From Octopus sinensis (lineage: Eukaryota): a DNA stretch of 64,000 nt. How positions within the stretch are numbered: position 1 is the stretch's first letter; every line of letters begins with the position of its first letter. Positions 63,346-64,000 of the stretch are shown here, piece after piece. Made by a program: the position numbers and the translations under genes. Below the pieces are notes generated by a model. That model searched no databases, had not been told where the DNA came from, and was given only the letters and a program-made list of their open reading frames with translations. The stretch is from the NCBI RefSeq assembly GCF_006345805.1, contig NC_043014.1, forward strand, positions 13,268,001 through 13,332,000. Reading direction: 5' to 3'.

Positions 63346-63648
63346 TACGGAGATGTACTCGCATAGCAAGTGATTTGATCTGAGATCGTGTGCTGGAACG
63401 AAAACAATTGCAGCGTGGAAGGTGTTTGTAAGCCATTTAAGAAACACACAAAAGCCGTTCGATTCACTTCAACATTTAAGTTTAATTTGTCAAAATATTT
63501 TCGTCGCAGCACGGATTTTTGTCTGTGAACAGGTCACGGATTTTAGCGACGAAAATATTTTGACAAATTAAACTTAAATGTTGAAGTAAATTGAACGGCT
63601 TTTGTGTGTTTCTTAAATGGCTTACAAACACCTTCCACACTGCAATTG
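63346..63648. mobile_element. foldback retroelement with 12-bp TSD TCTGAGTATAAT
   Basis: Arms 63404-63507 and 63546-63649; TSD at 63334-63345 and 63649-63660. Confidence 0.85.
63518..63567 (+). ncRNA. minimal type I hammerhead-like motif with G3:C8 compensatory core
   Basis: TTTGTCT-GTGAACA-G-GTCAC(GGATTTTA)GCGAC-GAAA-A(TA)T-TT-TGACAAA. Confidence 0.55.
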
Positions 63649-64000
63649 TCTGAGTATAATATTATTCGTTTTCCTTTGAAAACCACTGCTTTAACCTCTC
63701 AGCATATGGATTAAAACCACCTTCCTTTTCCTAATACCCCTCCCCCACACACACACACGCTTAGTCCTGGTGGGGCTTTTCTCTTTCCAATTTTTTTCCG
63801 TCTTGAAACTTTGCTCGACCACCTCACTAGTGCTGGTGACCCCACCAAAAAAAGTACCCAGCGCTCATAGACAGTTGGCACTAGGAGCGGCATCCAACCA
63901 TAGAAAATATGCTAAAGCTGACACAGTGCAACCCTGCTGCTTATCAGAATCTAGCTGATGAGGATAAAGGCGTCGAGCTGGCAGAATCATTAGCACGCCG

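Overview
AT-rich, extremely repeat-dense eukaryotic DNA. The SINE/LINE and microsatellite inventory looks like an Octopus (coleoid cephalopod) genome; this is inferred from the repeat families, not verified. One protein-coding gene is well supported: the first four exons of an MFSD5/MOT2-family molybdate-anion MFS transporter on the + strand (45602-45752, 53309-53453, 56410-56470, 61859-61966), continuing past the window end. A second gene may start head-to-head on the - strand (signal-peptide exon 44747-44699), but I could not assemble it reliably. The rest is mostly mobile DNA: a full-length but degenerate Tx1/L1-clade LINE (about 11730-17640, -), many RTE and CR1 fragments, at least three tRNA-SINE families, Tc1/mariner and hAT transposase remnants, MITEs, solo LTRs and foldback elements. 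The most interesting signal is a set of sequence-unrelated minimal type I hammerhead-ribozyme motifs (8418, 22796, 27972, 51706, 61232, 63518), three of them inside foldback elements with Penelope-like architecture. One has a G3:C8 compensatory core in an element with a 12-bp TSD, and in another the inverted repeat begins at the predicted self-cleavage site. No CRISPR, rRNA or true tRNA genes were found.
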